Assembly: GCA_951406725.2 (NCBI GenBank)
Contig: OX597831.1
Coordinates: 36,208,001 to 36,272,000 of the forward strand
Length of the DNA: 64,000 nt
Source of the DNA: Octopus vulgaris
Lineage: Eukaryota
Reading direction: 5' to 3'
Positions within the stretch are counted from its first letter, which is position 1. Each line of letters begins with the position of its first letter. Position numbers and translations under genes: made by a program. This document shows positions 1-15,425 of the stretch, piece by piece. A model generated the notes under the pieces. It made no database searches, had not been told where the DNA came from, and worked only from the letters and a program-made list of their open reading frames with translations.

Positions 1-61
1 ATTTTATTTTACCGACGGACGGAAGGCTATGGTGAATTTGGCGGCATTCAAAACGTGTCTT

Positions 62-315
62 TTGAGGCGCGTCGTGTCTTTTGAGCAAAACACTTTAATT
101 CACGTTGCTCCCAGTCCACTCAGCTGGCAAAAATGAGCTATACCTGTAATTCAAAAGGGGGCAATCTTGTCACATTTTGTGTCACGCTGAATCCCCCTGA
201 GAACTACATTAAGAGTACGCGTATCTGTGGAGTGTTCAGCCACTTGCACGTTAATTTCACGATCAGGCTGTTCCGCTGATCGAATCACCAGGAACATTCG
301 TCGTTGAAACCGACC
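62..315 (+). mobile_element. tRNA-derived SINE, family D, 5'-truncated
   Basis: Body ttgagcaaaacactt...ccactcagctggcaaaaatgag...gccacttgcacgttaatttcacga matches the full copy at 22285-22596. Confidence 0.8.
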
Positions 316-1084
316 ATGCATGTATGAATGAATGAATATAAATGAATATATGTACGAATGAATGAATGTGATTTTCAACTAAAGGTAAGCAATAATTTTC
401 TATATTTTTAATGGATTTTCAACATTAAAATTATATCTTTCGCAAGCAGGCATACGTAGTATGCGATTAATATCTTATCTTTGCGTTTCAGTGACCCAAA
501 GTCAAAACAATTGAGAGCCCCTACTTTACTTGCCAGATTTAGCAGTTAAATATCCCTTATCTTACATATAGAGTTCAAGGGTACTTTAGATAATATACTT
601 ACTACATAATCTCTAAAAAGATGGGATCGTCATGTCCAAAATGCTTTTGATCTTATATATGCCCAATGAAGGTTAACCCAGGGTTAAACACTAACAATAA
701 CAACAAAAACAACAACAACGACATGAAACACCTTCAACAGTTAAAAATCTATTAACCCCGGTTTGGTTATTCCGTATCGTTCGTATTTGTTCAACCATTC
801 AATATAAAAATATATATATCTTCTATCTTTAGACTAGAAGCAATAATTTTCAAGCTGTGTTATTTTTGTTATCGCTATAGTTCTGCTTGAATTGAGGACG
901 GACGCTGCAATGAATGCCATATTATATTCAGGAAGTTGTTTCATAAAACACATGAATGCCACGGTGTTCAAAGGTTTAATACTTATCCCTAATGAAACTA
1001 GGAAGTCGGTTAAGACCAAAGAGAAAATGAAGAATAAATAAACGGTATTCATAAACTACAGTTTAAAATTAATAGCCATGCCGA

Positions 1085-1830
<746 letters not shown>

Positions 1831-2764
1831 ATCGTGTGACTGTGTGTGTAACAACAAAAACATATATTTGACTGACTGAATCTGATTTGTATAGGAAAAT
1901 GTTTTGGCTGTGTTTCAACCACGGCACCGTGACATATAATGTATGTAGAACTAAACACCTAACGAAAAGAAACTAAACCCAATATATAATTTGAAAACTA
2001 TTGGAATAAATAGTGATTTTGCGACCGTAGATTAGCCTACGTTTGAAATATGACAGTACTGGAGTCAATCCAGTCACTACATTGTAATAGCTACACATTC
2101 AGTATACGTCAGATACAATTATAAACTACACTACTTCAGACTCCCCCTAGACTTTCAGATCAATGAGAAAGGCTCTATATGGTCAGTAAGCCTGCTAGAA
2201 AGAACAAGCATATATCTCTGTAATCGCACCCAACCGTCTTGTGGAAGGAAAAAGGCACATAAGGTAGTCTTTCGTAATTGTATTAGTGTGGGATAATCAC
2301 ATCAGGATTGCCCTTAGTTAAAGGTCTGCTGAGTCCACGTTGGCTTGGAGTTAAACATTAAGAATAACAATAAAAAATATAGCAATAACTACATCATCAA
2401 CAACAGCCCTATACGCCACGAGTCAAGGCGAAAACTATTGCGTAGGCGCTTGGTCAACTACAAACAGCAATGACAATTTCTCTCACTGTAAAAAAATACA
2501 AAAAAAAACATTAAAATGAAAAATAAAAAAATAAAACAAACTAACACAGAATGGTCACGGCTGAAACATCCTTCGTCATTGATCTACCAAAACATGACTA
2601 AATTGCCATTAAACAACGATAGCAATACCACAACACTAAAAAAATTGGTTTGAATCATTGAGATTCTCTTCTCTGACTAATCTCCATTTGTGAACTTTAC
2701 AAAATAAGTTTCGCATACACTGACAACCAACTACTTACCTCAGATTCTCTTTTCCATTTATCTG

Positions 2765-3130
2765 TTATCTTTCTCTTTACTTGTTTCAGTCATTAGACTG
2801 CGGTCATGCTGGGGCACTACCTTGAAGAATGTTTAGTCAAATGTATCAACCCAAGTGCTTAGTTTTCAAAACCTGGTACTTATTCGATCGGTCACGTACA
2901 CACACAAGCACCGGTTGTCAAGAGGTGATGGGAGGATAAACAAAGATACACACACACACACACACACACATACATGTACGAAGGGCTTCTTTCAGTTTCC
3001 GTCTACCAAATCCACTCATAAAGCTTTGGTCGGCCCGAGGCTATGGTAGACACTTGCCTAAGGTTCCACGCAGTGGGACTGAACTTGAAACCATGTGGCT
3101 GGGAAGCAGGATTCTTACCACACAGCCATA
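2765..3130 (-). mobile_element. SINE family B
   Basis: Reverse complement of ggctgtgtggtaag...cccactgcgtgg...gatttggtagacggaaactgaaagaagccc...gactgaaacaagtaaa. Confidence 0.85.
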
Positions 3131-3619
3131 TCATAACTCTTTACATTTTGAGTTAAAATCTTATTACAATAATCTTTGTCTCTCTTAGATCCTTCGGTGG
3201 TCGAAGAAACAGAGCATCAGTCTCAGGTAGAGGCATTAGAACGTTGGACAACAATGTTATCTATTTCTACCGGCTCTTTACGATTTTGTGTTTTTGAAAG
3301 TCTGACAGACTTAACTGTGAATAGGCGACAAGATGGTGTCTTATAAAAATAATTGTAGAAAGCAACGGGAAACTATCTTTGCATTCGCCCAAGAACATAG
3401 CCTTTGTCAAGGAAGTCATCAGGTCATTCCGAGAACTGATGATGCAGGGAAAATGTAATGTGTATCTGCAGAAACAGACTACCTGAAGACGCCTTATGCT
3501 TACAAAAAATTGAAACATAGTGCGGATGAAAAAAAAACAGAATAAAGATAAGGTCATTATAAAACAGTCCACTGTATTTGACTTATATCCTTTCTTTCGA
3601 TAATAATAATGGTTTAACT

Positions 3620-3820
3620 TTGGTATAAGGTCTGACATTTTGAAGGAGGGGATAGTTGATTACATCGACCCCAGTACTCAACTGGTACTTATATTATCAA
3701 CCCCGAAAGGATGAAAGGTAAAGTTGACCTCGGTGGAATTTGAACTCAGAACGTAAAGACGGGTGAAATGCCGCTCAGCATTTTGTACGGGGCGATAACA
3801 ATTCTGCCAGCTCGTCACAA
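3620..3820 (-). mobile_element. SINE family A
   Basis: Reverse complement of gagctggcagaa...ttctgagttcaaattccaccgaggtc...tcatcctttcgggg...ctggggtcgatgtaatc. Confidence 0.85.
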
Positions 3821-4301
3821 AGCTGTCTCACCTCAATAACACTTCCATCGTTACTCTATAAAACTGACAGAAGTGTTAATAACAAAACATTAACACCTAC
3901 AAAACATTCGTGTAAAGATAAATATTGATCTCTAAAAGGAAAATATACGCTACATATTAGATTTATACACAAATACGTAACGCTCGCAAAGAACACACAT
4001 CCGTACAAATCTAAACGTATAAACAAAAACATTAAAAAACGGTTTGCGGCTGGGTAACGAGAACGTTTCCTACGAGGAGTTCGATACTAATGTCGACATT
4101 CTAGAAATCTTGTTGTTAGTCGATTGCATTATTAATCACAACTGATGTATTCAAATTATCCACGCATGACCTCCTACAAAGATAGGAACATGCTAAAAAG
4201 TTGTATTTACGAAATAATGAATTTAGGTCAGAGATCGAAGCTCCAAGGAATATTTGCGTAAACTTTAATATCTGGAATTCCAATAGGATACAATAGACAT
4301 G

Positions 4302-4502
4302 TCTTTTACTCTTTTACTTGTTTCAGTCATTTGACTGCGGCCATACTGGAGCACCGCATTTAGTCAAGCGAATCGACCCCACGATTTATTCTTTGAAAGC
4401 GTAGTACTTATTCTATCGGTCTCTTTTGCCGAATCGCTAAGTTACGAGGACGTAAACACACCAGCATCGGTTGTCACGCGATCTTGGGGGGACAAACACA
4501 GG

Positions 4503-4560
<58 letters not shown>

Positions 4561-4726
4561 TATGATGGGCTTCTTTCAGTTTCCGTCTACCAAATCCACT
4601 CACAAGGCTTTGGTTGGCCCGAGGCTATAATAGAAGACAGTTGCTCAAGGTGCCACGCAGTGGGACTGAACCACGAACCATGTGGTTGGTAAGCAAGCTA
4701 CTTACCACACAGCCACTCCTACGCCT
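4302..4726 (-). mobile_element. SINE family B, near full length, with internal (CA)n/(TA)n
   Basis: Head and tail both match the copy at 16352-16847. Confidence 0.9.
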
Positions 4727-5044
4727 AGGTATGGATATTTCTTGAGGATATTGGACCAAATGTTGGCATACAAATATCGGACTAAAGGAATAAAGGATAC
4801 TGTTAGATGCCAACTAACTTTTTCTCAAACAAATCAGTAATCGTCGCCGTAACAAATTTTTCGTTTTAAGATCCGGAGTTTTGTGACTGTCTTCCAAAAT
4901 GTTTACAAAATATTCAGTAAAAATTTCTCATGAGCCTCCTGAAAGCACACGTGCACACACAAACACACACACTCACACACACACTCACACACACAAACAC
5001 ACACTCACACTCATACAAACACACACACTGACATACGTAGAAAT

Positions 5045-5200
5045 GTTGGTGCAGACATAGGGAGGTTTTCTTCTCAACTACATGATCCTGAGTTCAGTCC
5101 CACTGCGTGGCACCTTGGGCAAGTGTCTTCTATTATAGCCTCAGGCTGATAAAAGCCTTGCGAGTAGATTTGGTAGACGGAAATTGAGAGAAGCCCATCG
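5045..5200 (+). mobile_element. SINE family B, 5' half
   Basis: gttcagtcccactgcgtggcaccttgggcaagtgtcttc...gatttggtagacggaaa. Confidence 0.8.
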
Positions 5201-5866
5201 TATCACTCTCTGTCTCTCTCTCTCTCTATATATTTTTTTATGACATTGCGGAATACTACCAGAACACTATCAACAAATAGGGGAGAAATCAAGACGTCGA
5301 GCTCACAAATTATTATAACTCATAAACAATTCTATCTGGCAAGTGAAACTGTTTTGACAGAAGCAAGAGAACAGCCGAAGAGTAAAAGAAGATGACCGTA
5401 TTGGCATATCGAAAGCAAAGAAAGAATCATGTAATTCTTTGCCAAATGCTCGCTCTACCAGTGGCACAGTATATGTGAAAACCGTAGAAAATATTGCCTA
5501 AATGTCGTATAACTTAACAATTTTTATCTCATAAAATTGTATGTATATGCCTTATTTAATTAAAACTAAAAGTCGTATATTTTAACTTGACATTTCTATA
5601 CATTAATATAGATGTATATTCACTCCTTATTTAATTAAACGTACTTAAACGTACTCAAATTTCCATATTCTTCATTTGTAATCCGTTACAATTACACTTC
5701 TAGTTGATGTACGGATAAATTTGATTAGTTCAGTATTGAAAAAAGGTAAAACATTTCCACTGCAAACTTTAAAATGTGCTTCTCGCGTAAGTGGCATTTT
5801 TTGTAGTTACGACTATTTCAATTATAAACTACGTTTTACCTGTCTACATGCAAACACAGTGAGTGA

Positions 5867-5910
<44 letters not shown>

Positions 5911-5940
5911 ATTTACATATGTACACATGTACGTACCTAC

Positions 5941-6011
<71 letters not shown>

Positions 6012-6997
6012 CGCGAGTATGTGTGTGCGGGTATTTACATAAGTCTGCATGATGCATCTCATGCATGTATATACGTATACAGACACACACACATGCAAAT
6101 ATATATGTATATATGAACAAGCCTACATGCGAATGTATATTTATTGGTATATATGCTCCAAAGTGTGATACAGTTTTACACCCAGGTGATGCAGTTTTGC
6201 ACATAGGTGATGCAGTTTTGCAACAATTTTACGTATGAACACAGTTTGCAAAAAGTTTATTGGTTTTCCTGATACTTGCATCTGCTATCCACACCCCGCA
6301 AAATATCCGGACATATATTTTCTAATTAAATATCTTAATTCTATTTATGGAAAAAGTGTACGTTTGTGAATGCTAAAAAAAAAAAATAAATAAACAAGAC
6401 AATTTATTACATCAATTTGTTCAAACTTTTGAAATAAAACGTTTTCTCACAAAATGAAAAATAAATTCCTTATAAGTTATATATTTGTTTATTTTAATTT
6501 AAGTTCATTATTTTTGTTTTGTTGAATTTTCATGAAGTTCAAATTGAGCCATATTTTTTACCTGCTTGGGTGAACAATTCTGAGTGAATCAAAATTTTCC
6601 GCACAAACTGAATTTTGTCAGTATCCTTTTTAAAAGCAATTTATCTAAAATATGGTAAATTCATATGGCCATATATAACCCGAGCCGGCCGTATACTGCC
6701 TTTAGTACACACACACTCACACACACACACAAACCTACATATATCCATATATTTACATGCACACACAGTTTTATAATTTGATTGATAGTAACATCTAAAT
6801 TTTACTAGTCGTGCTATATTTTACTTGATAGCTTAAACATGACACAACTAGAGAGACTTCGAAGCATTGTCAACAAAAATATCATGAACACTATACTCTA
6901 TACATGTATTGAGTTCTTTGTGCTTTAAATTCAAATCTCATCAGGTCATCTGTGCCTTTTATCCTTTCTGGGCCAATAAATAAACGTACCAACAATC

Positions 6998-7235
6998 TAT
7001 TCTTCTCCTTCTTCTCCTTCTTCTTCCCCATTTTCTTCTTCTTCTTCTTCTTCTTCTTCTTCTTCTCCTTTTTCTTCTCCTTCTTCTCCTTTTTCTTCTT
7101 CTCCTTCTTCTTCTTCTTCTTCTTCTTCTCCTTCTTCTATTTCTTTTCTCCTTCTTCTCCTTCTCCTTCTCCTTCTTCTTCTCCTCCTCCTCCTTCTCCT
7201 TCTCCTGCTTCTTCTACTCTCCCCTTCCCTCTCTT
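6998..7235. repeat. (TTC)n/(CTC)n polypyrimidine tract
   Basis: Directly visible. Explains the poly-F and poly-E/R ORFs. Confidence 0.95.
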
Positions 7236-8398
7236 TCTCCCAGTAGAATAGTTCAGTCTGATGAAAAACGGACGCCGCCAACTTTAAAATCCCCAAGATA
7301 CGTCGTTTACCACGATGATGAGTCAACGATTCCATCTGTAGAATTCAAGGCAAGGCATATGTATATTACAACAAACATTAATGTTTTTGAGCACTCTCAT
7401 GGACTCCTTTTTCGGAATGTATCTTTCAACACATTTCAGAAAAAAGCTACAAATATCAATATATATACTTATACCCATCAAAAAATCAAATGTGAAAGTT
7501 ATTAAAATTAAAAATACATTAGTGGAAAATGAATTACATTTTGAAGTAGTATATTAAAACTAAGTACAGTAGTAATACATTTTACTGTTCTACACCATTT
7601 AGTTACTTCAAAATGTCTGCATCACATTTATAAATATTTCTGTCGATTTTCGAAGTCCTTCATAAATATTTATTTATATTTTTACGAAGTTTGGTTAATG
7701 CAATGAGTGAGTGTTCTTGTCAGAGCAAAGTAAAGTTAGTTACTACAAATCCTCTTATAGCGTTTAGCAGGAACGAATCGTTTATTTGGCTAAATTTGTT
7801 TATGGATTTTCCATAGGTTAGTATTTAAAATTACGCTAGCATATATAATTCGTCTCATTTAAAAAAAACAAAAAAAAAACAAATAACTTGTATATAAATA
7901 AATAAGAAAACCAAGATTTCATCTTCTAAAAACTTGTGGCACCAAATCATTCGCTGCAAAGTATCAATCAACTTTGGTGCCCAATCTTTTATGCCAACAA
8001 ACTAAAATCAAGAAACAAAGATATTTCAAAAATATTCAATGCTTTCTTGTAGCTGAAAAAGAACACTGAGGCAATATTATATCAATAATCTATAAAATAC
8101 ACTTATAGCAACAAAAATATGGCGCCTCTATAAATCTTCATTTGAATTTGGAGAGCGCAGTGACCATCAAGGTTCGTCTTCACTCATGTTGTTTTTCTAC
8201 GCAATGCCTTTTATGAAGAAAACGGTCTCTCTTTATAGATTTGCAACAAGACAGTCTCTTGCCCACGGCATTTATGAATGAATGCCAAGAAGTTTATGTT
8301 CCCCTTGGATAGAATAAAAACCACCAGTTTATTTTGCTTGACAACCCCCAACTTTAAGTAATATGATACATACGCGCATAAAGACAGGTATATACCCA

Positions 8399-8622
8399 CA
8401 TGACGGGTGCTGAAATGTTTCTGGCTTTCATTAAAAGAAAATACAAGAGGATCAGTTCAATATGATTTTATTCAACATATTTCACTCTTAGATTCACACA
8501 CTTATTGCAGCGATTCTTTAGTGTTTCTAAGCCCTGTAAAAGAACTCAGAAGGTAAGGCATCCAGCCAGCCAAGCCTTTCTCTATACCCTTAAAGCCAGG
8601 AACTTTTCAACATCTCCTCATA
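8399..8622. mobile_element. Mariner-derived MITE
   Basis: Terminal inverted repeats tgacgggtgctgaaatgtttctggcttt / aaagccaggaacttttcaacatctcctcata, resembling tacgagggg-type mariner ends. Confidence 0.7.
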
Positions 8623-9094
8623 TTACCGATTCCCCATCATTTAGATGTTGAATAAAAAGAAAACGAACTTCAACAAGAAAATTAGTTCATTCACTTTTGT
8701 TGTTGCTCAGTCTCATAAATAGAAATATGGCCAAAAGCGTTCCAACCATATCCGCCTGCCTTATTAGTAATTATACATGACTACGTTACTGTGTCCTTTT
8801 TTCTTCTTTTTTTTTGAACGTCAGGGTGTAAATTGAGTGAAATTTGTCTGCCATATCTTGCAGTTCTGTTGATTCTGTAGAGCTTCCTTTGTTGACTCCA
8901 GAACGTACATCGTTACTGATAATAGTTTCAATGTAATACAGAGGCAATGATTACATTAGTTTCAGTAGCAGTCTCAGCAGAAACCCTTTCCACCTGTACT
9001 GGGCGGTGTCCGTCTTTCTAGTGTGGATCATCATTTCTAGATCGCAAGATAATGAAGAAGCTATTGGCTGCTATCACTGACCAAACAGAAATTT

Positions 9095-9330
9095 TGCCGG
9101 CGAGTTGGCAGAAACGTTAGCACGCCGGGCGAAATGCTTTGTGGTATTACGTCCACCGCTGCATTCTGAGTTCAAATTCCTAGCGGCATTTCGCCCGTAT
9201 TTAGCCAGGGTCGACTTTGCCTTTCATCCTTTCGGCATCGATAAAAGCATCAGCTGAACAGTGGGATCGATGTAATCGACCTAACACCTCCCCGAAATTG
9301 CTGGCCTTGTGCCAAAACTTGAAATCAATA
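9095..9330 (+). mobile_element. SINE family A with the ...ggccttgtgccaaaa tail variant
   Basis: ggcgagttggcagaaacgttagcacgccgggcgaaatgc head and the shared body. Confidence 0.85.
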
Positions 9331-9959
9331 TTAAGTGAGTCAGCTTTAAAAGGTGTATATGGGACTTAAAATTTATCATTTCAGAACAGATTTTTGACAA
9401 ACGGCAAAAGAATTTTCTACAGCTACAGTTTATGATGACCTTCAGATTTAACTTTTGACACGACAGTATTCTGTGGAGTAGTTAATGAATGAGGTTGACC
9501 AAGAAAAGCCTTTCTCGCCAATAAGACACGCTACAGCTTTCGTTGATGAACCAACAACGAGGGAATTTTTTACGCGGCAGAACGATCAACAAGAAACACC
9601 AACCTAAGTCTTCCTCAAATCACAGGATACTATCTAAAAAAAAAGTAGAAACATTGGATAATGCAGTCCACTTATAAATCTATATAATGTCTAAATAATA
9701 TTAGTAATGCTGGATATGTCACGTTTAGATCGATTCTGATCATAGGTCTCATTCGATCAACAGTAACTGCTGTCGTCAGTAGCTGATATTCAAACTGACA
9801 TACCGAAAAGTAAAGATATTTTGCTATTAATGTAATGGAAATTAGAGGGACCCACTGCATAATTTACAATATCTAAAGTTCAGTGCACCAGTATTCGAAT
9901 CGATTTTGCCCTTCATCTTTCAAAAGACACGCAAACACACTCACACACCCGCGAATATA

Positions 9960-10279
9960 AACACATACTCACAGACACAGCCGCATAGTAGGACAGATAA
10001 AGAGATACACACTTACTGATTTTATGCTTTTATACTTTATATCTCTAAAGAGTATGTTAGCAAAGCAAAAGAAATTTTTCTCAGTAAATAGTCAAAGGTA
10101 AACTTACATCGTTTATTTTGTTTGTATAGAATGTAGAAAAGCAGAGTAGGAAAACAAACACACACACGCATACACACACACAGAGGCTCGCACACATATA
10201 TATACATACATTAATGTGTGCGTGTATAAATGAATGTATACACACGGATAAATGCATATAGATATGTGTGTATATGTAT

Positions 10280-10337
<58 letters not shown>

Positions 10338-10341
10338 TATG

Positions 10342-10373
<32 letters not shown>

Positions 10374-10516
10374 TATATACATACATACACATATATATGC
10401 ATATATAAATATATATATATTTATATATATGCGTGTATATATATATAAATGTATATATGAATATATCTGAGTATATACATATATGTATATCTATGTATAT
10501 ATGTATATATTTATGA

Positions 10517-10558
<42 letters not shown>

Positions 10559-10636
10559 ATGTATACATGTGCATATATATAAATGGACTAAGAACGAGAC
10601 AGAGAGAAAGTGTGAGAGAGAGTGGGGGAGATAGAT

Positions 10637-10675
<39 letters not shown>

Positions 10676-10995
10676 TATACATACTGAGTCATTGAATCTT
10701 TTATTCTCTTACTTATTCCAATCGTCGGATTGCATCTTATGTCGGTGGGTCCTGCTATGAGGGTCTAGTGGTTGAAAAGTACCCCAGTACATATCAGAAG
10801 GATGGCACGATTCTCATCAACCCGACTTGCAGAGCTTGTAAGTTATAGGATCGTACACAGGCTAATACCGGTTGTTATGTGGGGAGAGACAAAAACAAGG
10901 ATGTACACGTACACACACGCATTATACACATCACTGAATGATTTTAACAGCACCTGATCAACTTATTTTCTTTAGACTATAAAACTGAAAATGCT

Positions 10996-11044
<49 letters not shown>

Positions 11045-11055
11045 GATATATCTAT

Positions 11056-11114
<59 letters not shown>

Positions 11115-11262
11115 CTCTCTCTCTATATATATATACATATGTGTGTACATATATATATGTAGATATATATATCTATATATATATCTATATATATATATAT
11201 CTATCTATCTATCTATCTATATATATATATATATATACATATGTCTGTGTAGATATATGTAG

Positions 11263-11320
<58 letters not shown>

Positions 11321-11500
11321 GGCCCAGTGGTTACTTGCGGTCGGAGGATCGCGGTTTCGATTCCCAGACCGGGCGTTGTGTGTTTATTATAAATATATAT
11401 ATATATATATATATATACAAAAAAAAAAAAAAAAAAAAATATATATATATGAGAGCGAGAGAGAGACAGGGGGAGAGAAGGAGGAGGAGGAAGAGAAGAG
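9960..11500. repeat. Microsatellite field, (TA)n/(GA)n/(ATCT)n, containing a SINE C head fragment at about 11318-11390
   Basis: Visible repeats. tggcccagtggtta...ggtttcgattcccagaccgggcg matches the family C head. Confidence 0.85.
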
Positions 11501-12142
11501 ATGAGATTAGTGATATTATTTTGTAGCATTTCCCGTGAAACTGTCAACTTCAGTTCCCTTATCACGTGTTAGTATGCCGGAATGCTTTCTGAAAGAAAGG
11601 CGTAAAACTAAGGAAGATCGCTTCACTTCGTAAAAATGCAAAAATGAAAAAGAAAAATACAAACCGTAAAATATATAAATCAGAAAAAAAATATAGAAAA
11701 CGAAAAATCACATATCTCTGATCTATATGTATATGAGAGTTGCTTGATTAAATCTATCTATTACCTTTCTTGCCTTTCTGTTTTTATCTTTCGTCTTATA
11801 TAGAATGTTATAAACTACGATCTGCAATGTAACGGGCAAACGTAAAGAAACTGAAGAACGGCCTTTTCAATGCAGTCATATCAACACACACACACTCAAT
11901 ATAATACAGGCACACACACACACATATATATATATAAAGCAAATACACAAACACACACACACGTTACTAATAATGGGGGAGAAAAACTAAGGATACGATG
12001 TTGGTACTAGGACGAAAAGAATTCTCAACTCATTTTGCAAACAACCCTCTTTGATTTTCATAAAAATATATACGTATATATATATATATATACATACATA
12101 CATTATATTAATATATACGTATATATATATATACATACATAC

Positions 12143-12202
<60 letters not shown>

Positions 12203-12376
12203 CTAGCAGAAAGTCAGCCCTTCAAGCAGTTTTCTGTTTTTCAAATATGGAGTATGTGTGTGTTTATATTAGAGAGACTGTGTATGTGTGTGTGTAAGAG
12301 AGAGAACATTGGAAACAGTGGATATCGTTTGGATAATAGTCGTATTGTTTTAACACTTTGTAGAATATTCCTATTA

Positions 12377-12740
12377 TTCGAGCTTTGGTGTTGGAGAAGA
12401 CTTTTACGGATTCCATGGACAGCGAGGCTCACCAATGGAGAAGTTCTTAAGCAGATAAGGCCGAAAATGCCGCTAGAAGCTAGGATCACCGAGCATAGAT
12501 TGGCATATTTCGGTCATATTATGCGGAGAAAATCCCTGGAGAAGGACATCATGCTCGGAATGGTCAGTGGCAAGAGAGGAAGAGGCCGACCAAGAACTCG
12601 CTGGCATGACACCATCAAGAGTGATACCGGAATGGACATAGCCAATCTGAAAGAAGCGGCCCAGGATAGAACTGACTGGAGGACACTGATCCAACGAGTG
12701 ACCGAGAGTCGACTTCGACTGAGCGGATAGAGATAGGTGA
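12377..12740 (+). mobile_element. RTE-clade (BovB-like) LINE 3' fragment, ORF C-terminus
   Basis: FELWCWRRLLRIPWTARLTN...LAYFGHIMRR..SLEKDIMLG.V.GKR.RGRPRTRW.D.I...DRTDWR is the characteristic RTE/BovB-type C-terminus. Open to the stop at 12730. Confidence 0.9.
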
Positions 12741-13377
12741 ATGACGAAATGAGCTAAAGTGAAATCGATCTCAGAACATACAGGCATATAACTAGCTGCC
12801 AGACAGTATTTAATTTCTCCCAACACTCCGACGATTCTGCTATTCAACCACCGTAATATCTTAATTTAAGCGGAAATTTGCTAAAAATAAAAGCTAACTT
12901 GGAATGACCAGTGGTTCTATTTGAACAACATAGATAGAAACAGATATATCTTCTAATACCTCACAACATAAATTCATGATTTATTAAAGCTATCTATGCT
13001 TCTAGAGGATGTACCGTAGTTACAAAGCAACAATAAAGACCTGATCTACTTGAGAAAGGGAGATAATCTCAAGATTCTAGGATTCTCAGAAGTTAACAGG
13101 CCATTAAAAAAAAAAGAGCGGACAGATTTTTCTTTTTTGTCAGACGATAAGAAAATAGATGCACATAAGTATTTCGTTCCGAAGGAACTAACAATATGCG
13201 CGAACTGGCATCAACTTGGGATTGAAACCGGATGTCTGATGCATTACCAACCTCATGCGATGCTACAACGATTTAAGACAATCACAAGATTATTAATGGC
13301 ATATTCGTTATCAATATCGTTTTCGAGAATAAAATAAAAATGACAATTTTCATTTCAACAACAATAAAGATAAAAAC

Positions 13378-13389
13378 ATAATAATAATG

Positions 13390-13470
<81 letters not shown>

Positions 13471-13493
13471 TATTAATAATAATGATGATGATG

Positions 13494-13553
<60 letters not shown>
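13378..13553. repeat. (AAT)n microsatellite
   Basis: Directly visible. Confidence 0.95.
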
Positions 13554-14156
13554 GAATCTAATATTTATATAACGTAAAATAGATATATAAATTAAAAAAT
13601 GGAATGGTAAAAGAAAAATTGCATTTCATCTGCAGAATTTTTATTCACTCCGTTTTACTGTCATATTGAAATCTATAATCACAATTTCTTTTGTATTTTC
13701 CATTCTTAGATACGATTATGGTATAGCTTATATCAACTTATGATGAAAAGTACAATGCCAAAGTTTAATCAATAATCGGAATTTTCTGGAATTTTTATCT
13801 TCTATATGATAGAAACTAAAGCAGCGAAGGTAAACTTAAATGAATATAATAACCAGCAGAGAAAAAAAAGGAAATTTTCTGTTGAAGACTTATTGCAAAT
13901 AATCATTTAATCTGTGAAAAGATGAACTGCAATGGTACGCAGAGACATATTTCTGTGAATACCCGATCAATTGATCGTACATATTTGGTCTTATCTAACG
14001 TAGCTAATATAGAAAGTTAAAGACGTGATGTTATTGTATAAGCTAGCAATTTTGTTACGGTTTAAGTTATGTACACAGTACGAGATTTTGCTTCATCTGT
14101 TGTATCAATATCAACTTAAATTCAAATGGTTTATTCGAAAGAACTAAACAACAAAT

Positions 14157-14465
14157 GGAGGAGGCACATGGCCTAGTGGTTAGAGCAGCGGACTCGCGGT
14201 CGAGGGATCACGGATTCGAATCTCAGACCGGGTGATGTGTGTGTTTATGAGCGAAACACCTAAGCTCCACGCGGCTACGGCAGAAGGTAATGGCGAACCT
14301 TTGCTGACTCTTTCGCCACAACTTTCTCTCACTCTTTCCTCCTGCATCTTGCAGCTCACCTGCGACGGACCGGCGTCCCGTCCAGGTGGGGAACCTATAT
14401 GCCAAGGAAACCGGGAAACCGGCCCTAGGAGACAGGGGTGGCTCGAGAAGGAGCAAACAACAAAT
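14157..14465 (+). mobile_element. tRNA-derived SINE family C, full length
   Basis: A-box-like tggcctagtggttaga, B-box-like gattcgaatc, central ctgcgacggaccggcgtcccgtccagg, and an aacaa tail. Confidence 0.88.
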
Positions 14466-15191
14466 AAATCAAGGAATCATATACGTAATAAAATGGTAAA
14501 ACTTTGCTATACGTGTATTTAGTATGCAGAATGCTCCCCTGAGCTATTTTCAATGATGGCTATCAGGACGTGTAATAGACCCTATCTAGCATTTCTAATA
14601 AGCGTATAACATCATACGATTATCATATACCTAACATCAAGTTTCAGTTTATAAATGAAGATTTGTATATGTGTGCGTGTGCGTGTGTATGTGTGTGTGT
14701 GTGTGCGTGTATGTGTGTGTGTATGTTCATGATTCAGGTGAATCGGGTACTTAAATGGTAAAGCTGCGGGGCGAATGAGATAAAATTAATCGTGTATATT
14801 ACGAAAGCATAGGAACAAATGCCTACATACCGACATATAGACAGGGAATCATGAAGTGGTACAAACTGGTGACATTTGAAATGTTTTAAATGTGTAATTC
14901 TTGTTTATTCACCTGATGAAAACGGGTTTTTTTAATCACATGATGTAATATCTCTGTTCATCAACATATTTTGTATCAAAATATATATGTGAAAGTGTGT
15001 GTATTTGTAGGTGAAATGATTCTTATTGTAGATCTGGAAATTCGTTCTATAAGCTGATAAAAGGAGAACTGAAACGTCAACGCTTTTTGTGTAAAGACTT
15101 GGTGTTAAGAGCTTTAAGGGAATATCGGATAAAGGAAATACTCAACACAGACGTACTAATCTTAGTTCAACACCGCCTTCTACACTATGTT

Positions 15192-15425
15192 AGCGGTGAG
15201 CTGGCAGAAACGTTAGCGCGCCGGACGAAATGCTGAGCGGTATTTCGTCTGCCGCTACGTTCTGAGTTCAAATTCCGCCGAGGTCGACTTTGCCTTTCAT
15301 CCTTTCGGGGTCGATAGATTAAGTACCAGTTACGCACTGGGGTCGATGTAATCGACTTAATACCTATGTCTGTCCTTGTTTGTCCCCTCTATGTTTAGCC
15401 CCTTGTAAGTAATAAAGAAATAGGT
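15192..15425 (+). mobile_element. SINE family A, full length
   Basis: Complete head, body and tail (...gtttagccccttgt...aataaagaaata). Confidence 0.9.

Noticed and set aside
7258-7312. CTGATGA followed by a possible stem
   Set aside because: No GAAA after the stem, so the hammerhead core is incomplete.
6952-7335. Poly-F and poly-R/E proteins
   Set aside because: Products of the (TTC)n/(CTC)n tract.
12035-12376. N-terminal half of the 231-aa ORF
   Set aside because: Microsatellite and unrelated flank that happen to be in frame with the RTE fragment.
14157-14232. tRNA gene (also at 22285, 33813, 34606, 40620)
   Set aside because: These are tRNA-derived SINE heads that run into SINE bodies and have no complete cloverleaf.
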